The position numbers were made by a program, and so were the translations under genes. From positions 65,299 to 129,298 of the forward strand of contig JBGSVZ010000047.1 in assembly GCA_041752695.1 (NCBI GenBank): a stretch of 64,000 nucleotides of DNA, given 5' to 3'. The notes beneath the pieces were generated by a model. The model had not been told where the DNA came from, ran no database searches, and saw only the letters and a list, made by a program, of their open reading frames with translations. This DNA comes from Terrimicrobiaceae bacterium. Lineage in GTDB: Bacteria; Verrucomicrobiota; Verrucomicrobiia; Chthoniobacterales; Terrimicrobiaceae. Positions 56,144-64,000 of the stretch are shown piece by piece (within the stretch, counting starts at the first letter, position 1; every line of letters starts with the position of its first letter).

Positions 56144-58230
56144 TCAAACGCCGAGCCACTCCCTCCCCTTCTTCTCCCATTCCCATGCAAAACGTTCCCG
56201 TTCCATCTTCGTTCTCATTCGTGCGCCGCGGCTGCACCCTCGCCGCCTCGGCGCTCTTGATCGTTCTTTCCGGTTCCATATGTCCCGCCCAGGTGGGGGG
56301 CATTGCTCCCAAGTTTCTCCTCGATCCCAAATCGCCCTCCGCCGCCTCCCAGATCTCCACGAACGAAAAGGATCAGGGGCAAACCACCACTGCGCTCGGG
56401 CCGGATGGCGTCACGGTCAACATTGCGGGAGGTCCCGCCGGCTATCCTGGGATTATCGTCAAATCGGAAACGGGAGCGCCTTGGGATTTGACGCCCTGGG
56501 GTCACGTGCGGGCAAAGATCACCAATCTGGGGGCTGAAAAGCTTTCCATGGGCATGAGGCTGGACAACAAAAACGACGGCAACAGCTGTAACGCCGAAAT
56601 CCTTAGCCTCAAGCCTGGGGAGAGCAAGGAGATCAAGGTCACCTTCGGCTATGCCTACGGTAAGAAGGGCTTTGCCCTGAATCCGGGATCCATCATGCAG
56701 ATCCTATTCATGGCTAATGGCAAAAAGGACACGCCCCGTTCCTTCCGTATCGAGGAAATTCAGGCGTCCGGCTCTGCTGGGGAAGAACCGCCGCTGGATC
56801 CCAGCACCTTTCGGGTGAAACCGGAAAATGGCGGGATCGTCGGCGCCGGGGCAAAAATCGACGCTGCCAAACAGATCGTTGCCAAGGGCGGCTCCAAGGC
56901 CGTGCTTGCCCCTGACGGTTCGATCAAAATCGATTTCGCCGGCGGACCGAAGGACGAACAGGTTCTCATCCAGCCGGCTGTCGGCAGCTGGGACCTGACC
57001 GACCATTTCCAGGTTCAGGTAAAACTGAAGAATGCTGGCCCGTCACCCGTCACGCCGAAAGTCCGCCTCGAGAGCAAAGGCGGGGTGAGCGACACGATTG
57101 CTGCCAGCGCGCCCCTTGCCCCAGGCGCGGAAAGCGAGATCACCATTCCCTTCTCCGCCGCTGTCTCACCGGTGATTCCCACGGACCCCAGGCAGGAGGT
57201 TTTTGCCCCGGGCACCTGGGCCGAGCAAAACTGGGCGCCGCAAGCAGGGACGGGGACGAAGTTCACCAGCGATTGGGTTAAAGGAGTCACTCTTCTTTCC
57301 GACAAAAGCGATGGAACGAAAAACCTCGTGGTTACGGCGGTAACCGCGAGCGTGCCACAGCCCCCGAAACTGCCCGACTGGCTCGGCCAGCGTCCGCCGG
57401 TGGATGGGGATTGGGTGCAGACCTTCTCCGAGGAATTTGACAAGGACGGGATCGACCTCAAAACGTGGAATATTTATACCCATAACTACTGGGACAAACG
57501 CACCCACTTTTCCAAGGACAATACCTTCATCAAGGACGGCAACTTGATCCTTCATTACGAAAAAAAGACCGGTTATCATAACGATGACCCGGCGGATACT
57601 AAGACCGTGGGAAAGACCGACTACGCCAGCGGCTTCGCTGACACGTTCGGCAAGTGGCGGCAGCTCTACGGCTATTTTGAGACTCGTGTGAAATTGCCCA
57701 AAGCCCCCGGTCTCTGGCCTGCTTTCTGGACGATGCCGGATCGCGGCCCGGAGAGTGGAAAGGATGTGAATGGCCGCGCCAGCACGAAGAATGGCGGAAT
57801 GGAACATGACATCCTCGAGTTTCTCTCCGGCTGGGGTCCCTATCGCTACAACACCGCCTTCCACTGGGATGGTTACGGTGAGGAACACAAGGCGGGCGGA
57901 ACGGCCTGTAACTACGTTCTTCCGGACAAGGATGGCTATATTACGACCGGCGTTTATTGGGCCCCCGGACTGGCCGTTTATTACGCGCAGGGCAAGGAGA
58001 TCCTCCGCTGGGAAAGTCCCCGGGTCTGCAGTGTTCCCTCTTACATCATGTTTAATATGGTCTCCGGCGGCTGGGATAACCAGCCCCTGGAAGACGCCAA
58101 GTTGCCCGACGATTTTAAGATCGACTACGTAAGAGTCTGGCAGCGCAAAGACCTGGCTTCCCCGGTGGACGGGCCGATGCCGAATAAGGGGTTGCCTTCC
58201 TCGGTTTCGGAGGAAGCCACCAAACCATGA
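56140..58230 (+). CDS. GH16 glycoside hydrolase with two N-terminal CBM-like domains
   Basis: YGYFETRVKLP..GLWPAFW, catalytic EHDILE (ExDxxE), IDYVRVWQ; repeated WDLT..V...N.G domains; ATGA overlap with GH130 (alternative start 56185). Confidence 0.88.
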   Translation: MIKRRATPSPSSPIPMQNVPVPSSFSFVRRGCTLAASALLIVLSGSICPAQVGGIAPKFLLDPKSPSAASQISTNEKDQGQTTTALGPDGVTVNIAGGPAGYPGIIVKSETGAPWDLTPWGHVRAKITNLGAEKLSMGMRLDNKNDGNSCNAEILSLKPGESKEIKVTFGYAYGKKGFALNPGSIMQILFMANGKKDTPRSFRIEEIQASGSAGEEPPLDPSTFRVKPENGGIVGAGAKIDAAKQIVAKGGSKAVLAPDGSIKIDFAGGPKDEQVLIQPAVGSWDLTDHFQVQVKLKNAGPSPVTPKVRLESKGGVSDTIAASAPLAPGAESEITIPFSAAVSPVIPTDPRQEVFAPGTWAEQNWAPQAGTGTKFTSDWVKGVTLLSDKSDGTKNLVVTAVTASVPQPPKLPDWLGQRPPVDGDWVQTFSEEFDKDGIDLKTWNIYTHNYWDKRTHFSKDNTFIKDGNLILHYEKKTGYHNDDPADTKTVGKTDYASGFADTFGKWRQLYGYFETRVKLPKAPGLWPAFWTMPDRGPESGKDVNGRASTKNGGMEHDILEFLSGWGPYRYNTAFHWDGYGEEHKAGGTACNYVLPDKDGYITTGVYWAPGLAVYYAQGKEILRWESPRVCSVPSYIMFNMVSGGWDNQPLEDAKLPDDFKIDYVRVWQRKDLASPVDGPMPNKGLPSSVSEEATKP

Positions 58231-58255
58231 CGGCTTTTCCACTTTCGCAGCGATT

Positions 58256-59602
58256 ATGAATCAGCAGACCCCATTTACGCTACCCGCCCGGGAACTGCAG
58301 ATCCTAGATGAGGCCGATGTGGTGGTGGTGGGAGGAGGTGCCGGCGGGATCGGGGCCGCCATCGCCGCGGCCCGCGGCGGGGCCAAAACGATTCTCATCG
58401 AGCGTTTCGGCACGCTTGGGGGGACCTGGACCTCCGGCCTGCTCGGCATGATTATGGTCAATTGGACGGCGCGGGGAATTTTTGAGGAATTCCGTCGCAG
58501 ACTTGCCACTCTCGGAGCCTGGAACGAAATCCGGGAGTCCTGGGAGTATTGGGGCGGCGACGTCCCGCCCGAGGATGCTGCTAGTTACGAAGGGACCTAC
58601 GACGCGGAAACCGCCAAAATCGTTCTCGACGAAATGGCTGCCGAGGCGGGTGTGCAGATTTACTATTTCACCCAGGTGGTTGACGTTTTCAAAAGCGTGG
58701 ATGGCCGAAGGGTGACTGGCGTGGCTGTTCAGTCCAAACAAGGACTCCACGGCATCGCCGGCCGGATTTTTATCGATTCCAGTGGGGACGGCGATCTCTC
58801 CGCTTTGGCGGGCGCTCAATTCGAGGTCGGACGGCCCTCTGATGGAGCCTTGCAGCCGATGACCATGATCTTCAAACTCGACAACGTCGACACTCCTTGT
58901 GCGCTGGAGTATCTCAAGGACGACGGAGGCTGCCGTCGCGCCTGGCAAAGCGCAAAGACGCGTGGCGAACTCACTGTTCCCCGCGATTGTGCCGTCCTGA
59001 ATCCCGGGCCGAAAGCCGGACAGTGGATGTTTAATAGCACCCGCCTCCAGGGTTTTGATGGCACAAACACCAGGGATGTGAGCTCCGCCATGGTGGAAGG
59101 CCGGCGCCAGGTGGCTGAGGTGACCACCTTCATGCGGAAAAATATTCCCGGTTTTGCCCACGCGGTCCTCAGCGAAACCGCCGCTCATGTCGGGGTCCGC
59201 GAGACCCGCCGGATTCGGTGCGACTACACGGTCACAGGTGAGGATATTAATGGCTGCCGCAAACATCAGGATGTCATTGCCCGTGGCAACTGGCCCATTG
59301 ATGTTCACAATCCCAACGGGGAAACGACGCAGGTGAAGCCAATCCGGAATGGCGCGTATTACGAAATTCCCTTCCGGAGCACGACCGTTGCGGGATTTGA
59401 TAATCTATTAGTAGCCTCGCGCTGCATTGATTCCACGCACGAAGGACACGCGGCACTGCGTGCTTCGCCCCAGGTTTGTGCGATCGGCGAGGGCGTTGGA
59501 ACTGCGGCCGCTCAGATGATTGCGGGAAATCTGACGTCAGCTCGCGAGGTTAATGTCCCGGCACTGCAGCAGGCCCTCCGCGATTCGGGCGGTTTAGTCT
59601 AA
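58256..59602 (+). CDS. FAD-dependent oxidoreductase (PF12831-like)
   Basis: DVVVVGGGAGGIGAAIAAAR, IDSSGDGD, GVRETRRI, YEIPFR, NLLVASRCI. Confidence 0.9.
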   Translation: MNQQTPFTLPARELQILDEADVVVVGGGAGGIGAAIAAARGGAKTILIERFGTLGGTWTSGLLGMIMVNWTARGIFEEFRRRLATLGAWNEIRESWEYWGGDVPPEDAASYEGTYDAETAKIVLDEMAAEAGVQIYYFTQVVDVFKSVDGRRVTGVAVQSKQGLHGIAGRIFIDSSGDGDLSALAGAQFEVGRPSDGALQPMTMIFKLDNVDTPCALEYLKDDGGCRRAWQSAKTRGELTVPRDCAVLNPGPKAGQWMFNSTRLQGFDGTNTRDVSSAMVEGRRQVAEVTTFMRKNIPGFAHAVLSETAAHVGVRETRRIRCDYTVTGEDINGCRKHQDVIARGNWPIDVHNPNGETTQVKPIRNGAYYEIPFRSTTVAGFDNLLVASRCIDSTHEGHAALRASPQVCAIGEGVGTAAAQMIAGNLTSAREVNVPALQQALRDSGGLV

Positions 59603-59711
59603 GTAATGAGGGCCCGCACCCTGGTCTGAGATGGCCTCTTTTTCTACCGGCCGGCAACCGAAAGCGATCAGACATTGTATTTTGGCGCCAATAAAAATAG
59701 GAGTGGTGTCT

Positions 59712-60266
59712 GTGAAAACTCTGCTTTCTTTCCCCAGCCCAAGTTTCTGTCGGTTCCCTTTTGCTGGGACGGCTTTTGCGCTGATCGTCTCTTGCCTATT
59801 CCTTGCGCAGACCCGGGCCGAGACCGAACTCATTCCCAACGATAAGTTTGCGGACGATGGAGCTTCCTGGGCGCTCACCGCCGGCCAGGGTGTCGATGCC
59901 ACCATGTCCATTGAGAAGGTGGACGACGAACCGGCCCTTTCTGTGGTCGTCGAGAACACCACGGAACAATTGGTGGATGTTCGCCTGCAACGGCTGTTTG
60001 GCGATGTCAGTACGGACGTCGGATATCGGGTGACGTTCAAAGCAAAAGCACAGCACGATGACGGAATTGTTGCTTTTGTGAGCCCGGTCACTGAGGGGGC
60101 GCGGATACTCTGGCGAACGGAGATTCCCCTCGATGTCGATTGGAAGGAGTTTGCTTTTACGTTCAAGGGGAACGACACAGCGAGTGGGTGCGCTCTCGGA
60201 TTTGCCCGCCTCGGGAAAGGAACAAATAAGTTTTGGTTCAAGGATATTGTCCTTAGCTCAGACTAA
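59712..60266 (+). CDS. Secreted CBM4/9-like carbohydrate-binding domain protein
   Basis: AGGAG upstream of GTG 59712; signal-like segment; ELIPN..F..W..YRVTFKAKA..WKEFAFTF..FWFKDIVL. Confidence 0.7.
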   Translation: MKTLLSFPSPSFCRFPFAGTAFALIVSCLFLAQTRAETELIPNDKFADDGASWALTAGQGVDATMSIEKVDDEPALSVVVENTTEQLVDVRLQRLFGDVSTDVGYRVTFKAKAQHDDGIVAFVSPVTEGARILWRTEIPLDVDWKEFAFTFKGNDTASGCALGFARLGKGTNKFWFKDIVLSSD

Positions 60267-61144
60267 CGGGAAAAAGCCCGCGTTCCTGGGACTGTGCGGG
60301 CCTTACCGCTTTCGATTCTGCGCAATTCCCGAGGTGACATCCCCGTGATTTGTTTCACCCGGCGGGAGAGGTGGAAGGGATTGGCAAATCCGGATTGAAT
60401 GGCAATTTCCCCAAGGGTCAGGCCTGTCGAACGGATCATCCGCACGGCTTGCTCGGCCTTCAAGCGCCAGAGCATGAGGGATGGACTGCCTCGCTCGCTC
60501 TCCTGGAAAAGCTGACGCAGGCGCGAATCCGATATTCCGCAACGGAGGGCCAGTTCTGAGGCCGTGCGAAATGCCGTAGGATCTCCCTCCAGAAGTTCCA
60601 GGGCGCGTCGCAATGCGGGGTGGGGCGGGGGCCCAGCGGAAGCCGCCTCGAGCACCTGAGAGGCATAACGCAGCAGGCAGGCTTTGGCGATCAGGGCCAT
60701 CGCCGCGTGGAGATGGTCGCCCGGGGCGGCTGGCGATGCCAGGCCTTCGCCGATCAGAACGTGGACGGCTGCGGGGATGGGATGCACCCCGGTAATGCCC
60801 GTCAGGGTCCGGCGTTCCCCCCGATCAAATGCGCCTGGGACAATCTGGCAACCGGTGTGGATGCTGCGCCGCTCCCTGTCAAAGTGATACATCACCCGCC
60901 AACCGGGCTGCATGAGGATCCCTTCCCCTTTGCTTAAGGGCAAAGGCCTTCCGTCGATCTCGACTTCGGCGCTCCCTTCCAACAGGACGACCAGTTGGTA
61001 GGCGCGCTGCCAATGAGGGCCGAACGTTCCCCCGGGTTCATAGACAGCGCGGACAAAAGTGTATCTGTCATCGCCCCGGAAAATTGCCCGCACGGATTTC
61101 TTTGGCATCTGCGGGGCGTTCGGCCGGGGGAGGTCCATGAACAT
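60263..61144 (-). CDS. AraC-family transcriptional regulator
   Basis: Cupin N-terminus (GPHW..QLVVLLEG); HTH ELA..CGIS..LRQLF..LGEIA..GFANPFHLSR..G.SP. Confidence 0.92.
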   Translation of the reverse strand: MFMDLPRPNAPQMPKKSVRAIFRGDDRYTFVRAVYEPGGTFGPHWQRAYQLVVLLEGSAEVEIDGRPLPLSKGEGILMQPGWRVMYHFDRERRSIHTGCQIVPGAFDRGERRTLTGITGVHPIPAAVHVLIGEGLASPAAPGDHLHAAMALIAKACLLRYASQVLEAASAGPPPHPALRRALELLEGDPTAFRTASELALRCGISDSRLRQLFQESERGSPSLMLWRLKAEQAVRMIRSTGLTLGEIAIQSGFANPFHLSRRVKQITGMSPRELRRIESGKARTVPGTRAFSR

Positions 61145-61235
61145 ATCCTCCCGGGCTCCCCGGTATTGTCAATTGGGATATGTTTTTCAGCCGCTGCGGC
61201 ATTCCTGCCTGCCTGGGAGATGTTATGGTCGAAAT

Positions 61236-62366
61236 ATGGAAGTCGAACGGATCTTGGATAAGGACATCAAAATTAATTGGTATCGCAGCCCCGCGGAGAG
61301 AGCGGTCATGAGTCGCCTGATGAAGAAAGATGATCTCAAGGGTTTCCGACAGGTGTTCCTGCAACTGGGGCTTTTCGTGCTCACCACCACGCTTTGCTAT
61401 CTGGCCTTCCTTAATGTTCACGTCAATAACTGGATCTGGGCCGTTCCTCTCCTCCTCTTTTGTCTCTTCTGGCACGGCACCTTCGCGGCGTTTATTGGGG
61501 GGGTGGCGATTCATGAACTCAGCCACAAAACGCCGTTTCGCACCGCCTTTCTCAATGACTTCTTCCTCTCCGTCTTTTCCTTTCTCAGTTGGTCGGATCC
61601 CGTGGCTTACCGTCTGAGCCACGTTAAGCACCATCAGGTAACGGTGCACCATGATCTCGACGGGGAGGTGATTCTTCCCTTAAAGCTTGACTGGAGCCCC
61701 TTGCAGGAGGGTGACGTCATTTTGCCGGAGAAACTGGACGGCAAATTTGCCAATTTTATTCTCTGGCATATTCTCCCTTTTCCCCATCCCTGGAGTTGTT
61801 GGGAACGGTTGCGTCTTTGGACTCGGTATGCTCTCGGCCGGCTCGACGGATTGGGTATGTTTGCCGGTGGTGAATGGTGGCTCAACCGGATCCTCCCCAA
61901 GGATAAAGCGGATGCCCGGAAGCGGCACCGCAACTGGGCTCGGGTGTTACTGCTGGGGCATCTGGCGTTGGCCGCCGTCTTCATCGCCACCGGTCATTGG
62001 TTTCTCGTCGTTCTCATCAGTTGCTGTGGAACCTATGCGGGATGGCTCTCCAGTCTTTGCAGCCTTCCCCAGCACATCGGGATGGGGCCCGATGTTCCGG
62101 ATTTCCGTCTTTGTTGCCGAACCTACACCTGCCACTGGTTTCCGGCCTTCCTTTATTGGAACATGCAATACCATGTCGAACATCACATGTATCCCGCGGT
62201 TCCGTTCTATAATCTTCCCGCTCTGCGCAAAGCCATCGAGCACGACCTGCCACCCGTCACCCACGGTCTTTTTGCCACGTGGCGTCATATTTTGCCAGTG
62301 ATCAGAAAACAGGGGCAAGATCCCCATTACGCCTTTGTGCCGGAACTCCCCGGCCAGCGCGCCTGA
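61236..62366 (+). CDS. Membrane fatty-acid-desaturase-superfamily di-iron enzyme (MocD/rhizopine-oxygenase-like)
   Basis: Three His boxes HELSH, HVKHH, HVEHH; WYRSP..LMKKDD, QH.G...V.D.RL..RT, YWNM.YHVEHHM.P.VP..LP. Confidence 0.85.
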   Translation: MEVERILDKDIKINWYRSPAERAVMSRLMKKDDLKGFRQVFLQLGLFVLTTTLCYLAFLNVHVNNWIWAVPLLLFCLFWHGTFAAFIGGVAIHELSHKTPFRTAFLNDFFLSVFSFLSWSDPVAYRLSHVKHHQVTVHHDLDGEVILPLKLDWSPLQEGDVILPEKLDGKFANFILWHILPFPHPWSCWERLRLWTRYALGRLDGLGMFAGGEWWLNRILPKDKADARKRHRNWARVLLLGHLALAAVFIATGHWFLVVLISCCGTYAGWLSSLCSLPQHIGMGPDVPDFRLCCRTYTCHWFPAFLYWNMQYHVEHHMYPAVPFYNLPALRKAIEHDLPPVTHGLFATWRHILPVIRKQGQDPHYAFVPELPGQRA

Positions 62367-62393
62367 GTGGCCCGGACGAGGCGGCGGAAACCA

Positions 62394-63098
62394 TCACGGT
62401 GATGGGGCCGTGCGATCTTTGGCGAGCAGTTCGGAAACGGTCAGGAAGGTGTAGCCCCTTGCTTTGAGTTCCTGAAGAATTCCGGAGAGCGCTTCGGCGG
62501 TCGAGGCGCGTTCATGCATCAGCACGATAGCGCCAGGGGCGGCCCCTTGAAGGACATGCAAACGCGCGAGCGCGGGGTCTTTGTCCCGCCAGTCCAGGGA
62601 GTCCACGCTACAGAGAATCGACTTCAGTGACATTTCGTCGTTGATCCACCTCTCCAGCGCTGAGTTGGTATCGAGAAAGGGAGGACGGAACACCTTGGGG
62701 CTCTGGCCGGTTGCTTCGACAATCACTTTGTTGGTTTTTTCCAGTTCATTTCGGACTTCCGCCTTTTCCATCGGTGTGAGATGCGGATGGCTCCAACTGT
62801 GGTTGCCAATTTCATGGCCTTCCGCGTGCATCCTCTTGAGCAATTCGGGATGCTTCTCGACGTTGTTCCCGAGCACGAAGAACGTCGCCTTGGCGTTGTG
62901 CTCTTTGAGGGTGTTGAGCAGGTTGACCGAGTTTTCGGGATGAGGTCCGTCGTCAAAAGTCAGCGCGATGAATTTACCGTCCGGGTTGCATGAGTTGTAG
63001 GTGATACCCTGCATGGGATGGGTTTCCGGGGCGGCTACGGTGACGTTCATCGTGCAAAATGATCCGAGAATTGCGCTGAGAAGAAAGGCTGATTTCAT
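62394..63098 (-). CDS. Polysaccharide deacetylase (CE4/NodB) with signal peptide
   Basis: LTFDDGP, ATFFVLG, GNHSWSHP, FRPPF, DSLDW, VLMHE. Confidence 0.93.
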   Translation of the reverse strand: MKSAFLLSAILGSFCTMNVTVAAPETHPMQGITYNSCNPDGKFIALTFDDGPHPENSVNLLNTLKEHNAKATFFVLGNNVEKHPELLKRMHAEGHEIGNHSWSHPHLTPMEKAEVRNELEKTNKVIVEATGQSPKVFRPPFLDTNSALERWINDEMSLKSILCSVDSLDWRDKDPALARLHVLQGAAPGAIVLMHERASTAEALSGILQELKARGYTFLTVSELLAKDRTAPSP

Positions 63099-63121
63099 GG
63101 GGGGGCCAAGTTGGGAGCTGC

Positions 63122-63526
63122 CTAGAATTTCCAGGTGATTTCACACGTTCCGCCGTGCAGTTGCATGCTGATATCGGTGTATTGGTGAACTTCGAATGCA
63201 TTGCCATCCGGATCACGCAACCAAGTCTGCCATGTTCCGCAGCCACCCAGGGCTTTCGGCGTGCAGGCAATACCCTTGCCTTCGGCGCTCGCGATGAAGT
63301 CATCAATGTCATCCGTCTCAAGACAAAAATGGGTGATTCCGCAGGGAGGATCGTTCTCAAAGACCTCCAGATAGCTCCGGTCCCCGACCGAGAAGTAGGC
63401 GCCTCCCAGGCGGCCGTCCTTCTGGAACTCGAAAGCGATGGGAAACCCCAGTCCGTCCCGGTAGAAAGTGATCGAGTCTTGGATGTTGCGGACTTGAAGG
63501 CAGATGTGCGCGAGGCGTGTGATCAT
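63122..63526 (-). CDS. VOC (glyoxalase/bleomycin-resistance) family protein
   Basis: LAHICLQV..SITFYRDGLG, LEVF, HFCLETDD, WLRDPDGNAFEV. Confidence 0.92.
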   Translation of the reverse strand: MITRLAHICLQVRNIQDSITFYRDGLGFPIAFEFQKDGRLGGAYFSVGDRSYLEVFENDPPCGITHFCLETDDIDDFIASAEGKGIACTPKALGGCGTWQTWLRDPDGNAFEVHQYTDISMQLHGGTCEITWKF

Positions 63527-64000
63527 GGCGATTTCGAAAGGAGAGTGCTGGTAGCCTGCCGGCTTTTTCTTTCCTGCGTGAGTCCATGTCTGACCGAATT
63601 TGTATCCTCTGCCGACCAGTTAATACGTGGACCGGCCACTGACAAAACCTGGGAGGGCCACTGGAACCGCCTTCCAATGACCCTGCGAAAAGGAGAGTGG
63701 AAGGCCGCGGATGCATCCCATCCCGAAAGACTTCGCCAGTCGGCAAACAACACAGGGATAGTCAGCGCGAGACTCACCCCTGTAGACGAAACTTCGTATT
63801 GATTGCGGCGTAAGCCCCTGTTCCCTCACTCGAACAACACCCTCCCCATGCATACTCTAAACGCAACGGTGTTGAAGGTAGCTGCTAAGTGACAACGCTT
63901 ATTCATAACGTTAAGGGGCCAGCAGCCCCGCCACGACCCTGGTTTTTCGGATATCGAAAAACCATTCCTTTGATGGGAAGGCAAAAAAGAACGGCATTTC

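Noticed and set aside
63634..63760. GCCACTG...GGGAGGGC resembling part of a cobalamin riboswitch
   Set aside because: The upstream GGGAA..GGTG..CC core and the downstream AGxCAGxAGACC box were not found, and the orientation is opposite to the adjacent genes.
63885..63918. Possible dif or attC-like site (..CATAACGTTAAGG)
   Set aside because: Only a partial XerD-arm match, no XerC arm, and no attC stem or integrase.
1..64000. CRISPR array, rRNA, prophage or transposase genes
   Set aside because: No regularly spaced 25-45-bp direct repeats or corresponding genes were seen by eye; short or degenerate arrays could have been missed.

Overview
High-GC bacterial chromosome segment, very probably Verrucomicrobiota: it encodes the PVC-superphylum small basic signature protein at 30943-31098 and a PEP-CTERM protein. 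(1) 1-20.5 kb is a cell-surface locus: the 3' part of a giant filamentous-haemagglutinin-family (DUF3739-type) exoprotein, followed with 1-11 bp gaps by an STT3/AglB-like oligosaccharyltransferase that lacks the WWDYG motif, a second GT-C glycosyltransferase and a Sel1 protein. Convergent with these are a PEP-CTERM gene, a PstS-fold secreted protein and a secreted hypothetical, then two tandem TPR-like paralogues. (2) 20.5-37.4 kb is mostly housekeeping: tRNA-Arg, a hybrid kinase, BatA/vWA, aroC, CvpA-like, gatB, a small-ORF/nucleotidyltransferase pair, DUF4159, a pseudouridine synthase, RidA, a GT-C, ubiE/menG, tRNA-Lys, BCP and a TPR protein. (3) 37.4-48 kb is an accessory conflict block: a non-Rhs polymorphic toxin with a His-rich nuclease-like tip, its immunity gene, an interrupted immunity paralogue, and a single-chain restriction-modification enzyme with an AT-rich specificity segment. 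(4) 48-55 kb holds ilvD, an intact NRPS-like gene (C-A-TE, no carrier domain) whose recognisable catalytic motifs are substituted, an IS5-like MITE, an S4 protein and a DEAD-box helicase. (5) 55-63.5 kb is a carbohydrate-use cluster: GH130, GH16, FAD oxidoreductase, CBM, AraC, MocD-like desaturase/oxygenase, CE4 and VOC. The best candidates for undescribed biology are the exoprotein/variant-OST glycosylation operon, the pseudo-NRPS and the Big-1/LamG-carried toxin. All family assignments come from reading motifs by eye; no searches were run. No CRISPR array, rRNA or integrase was seen.
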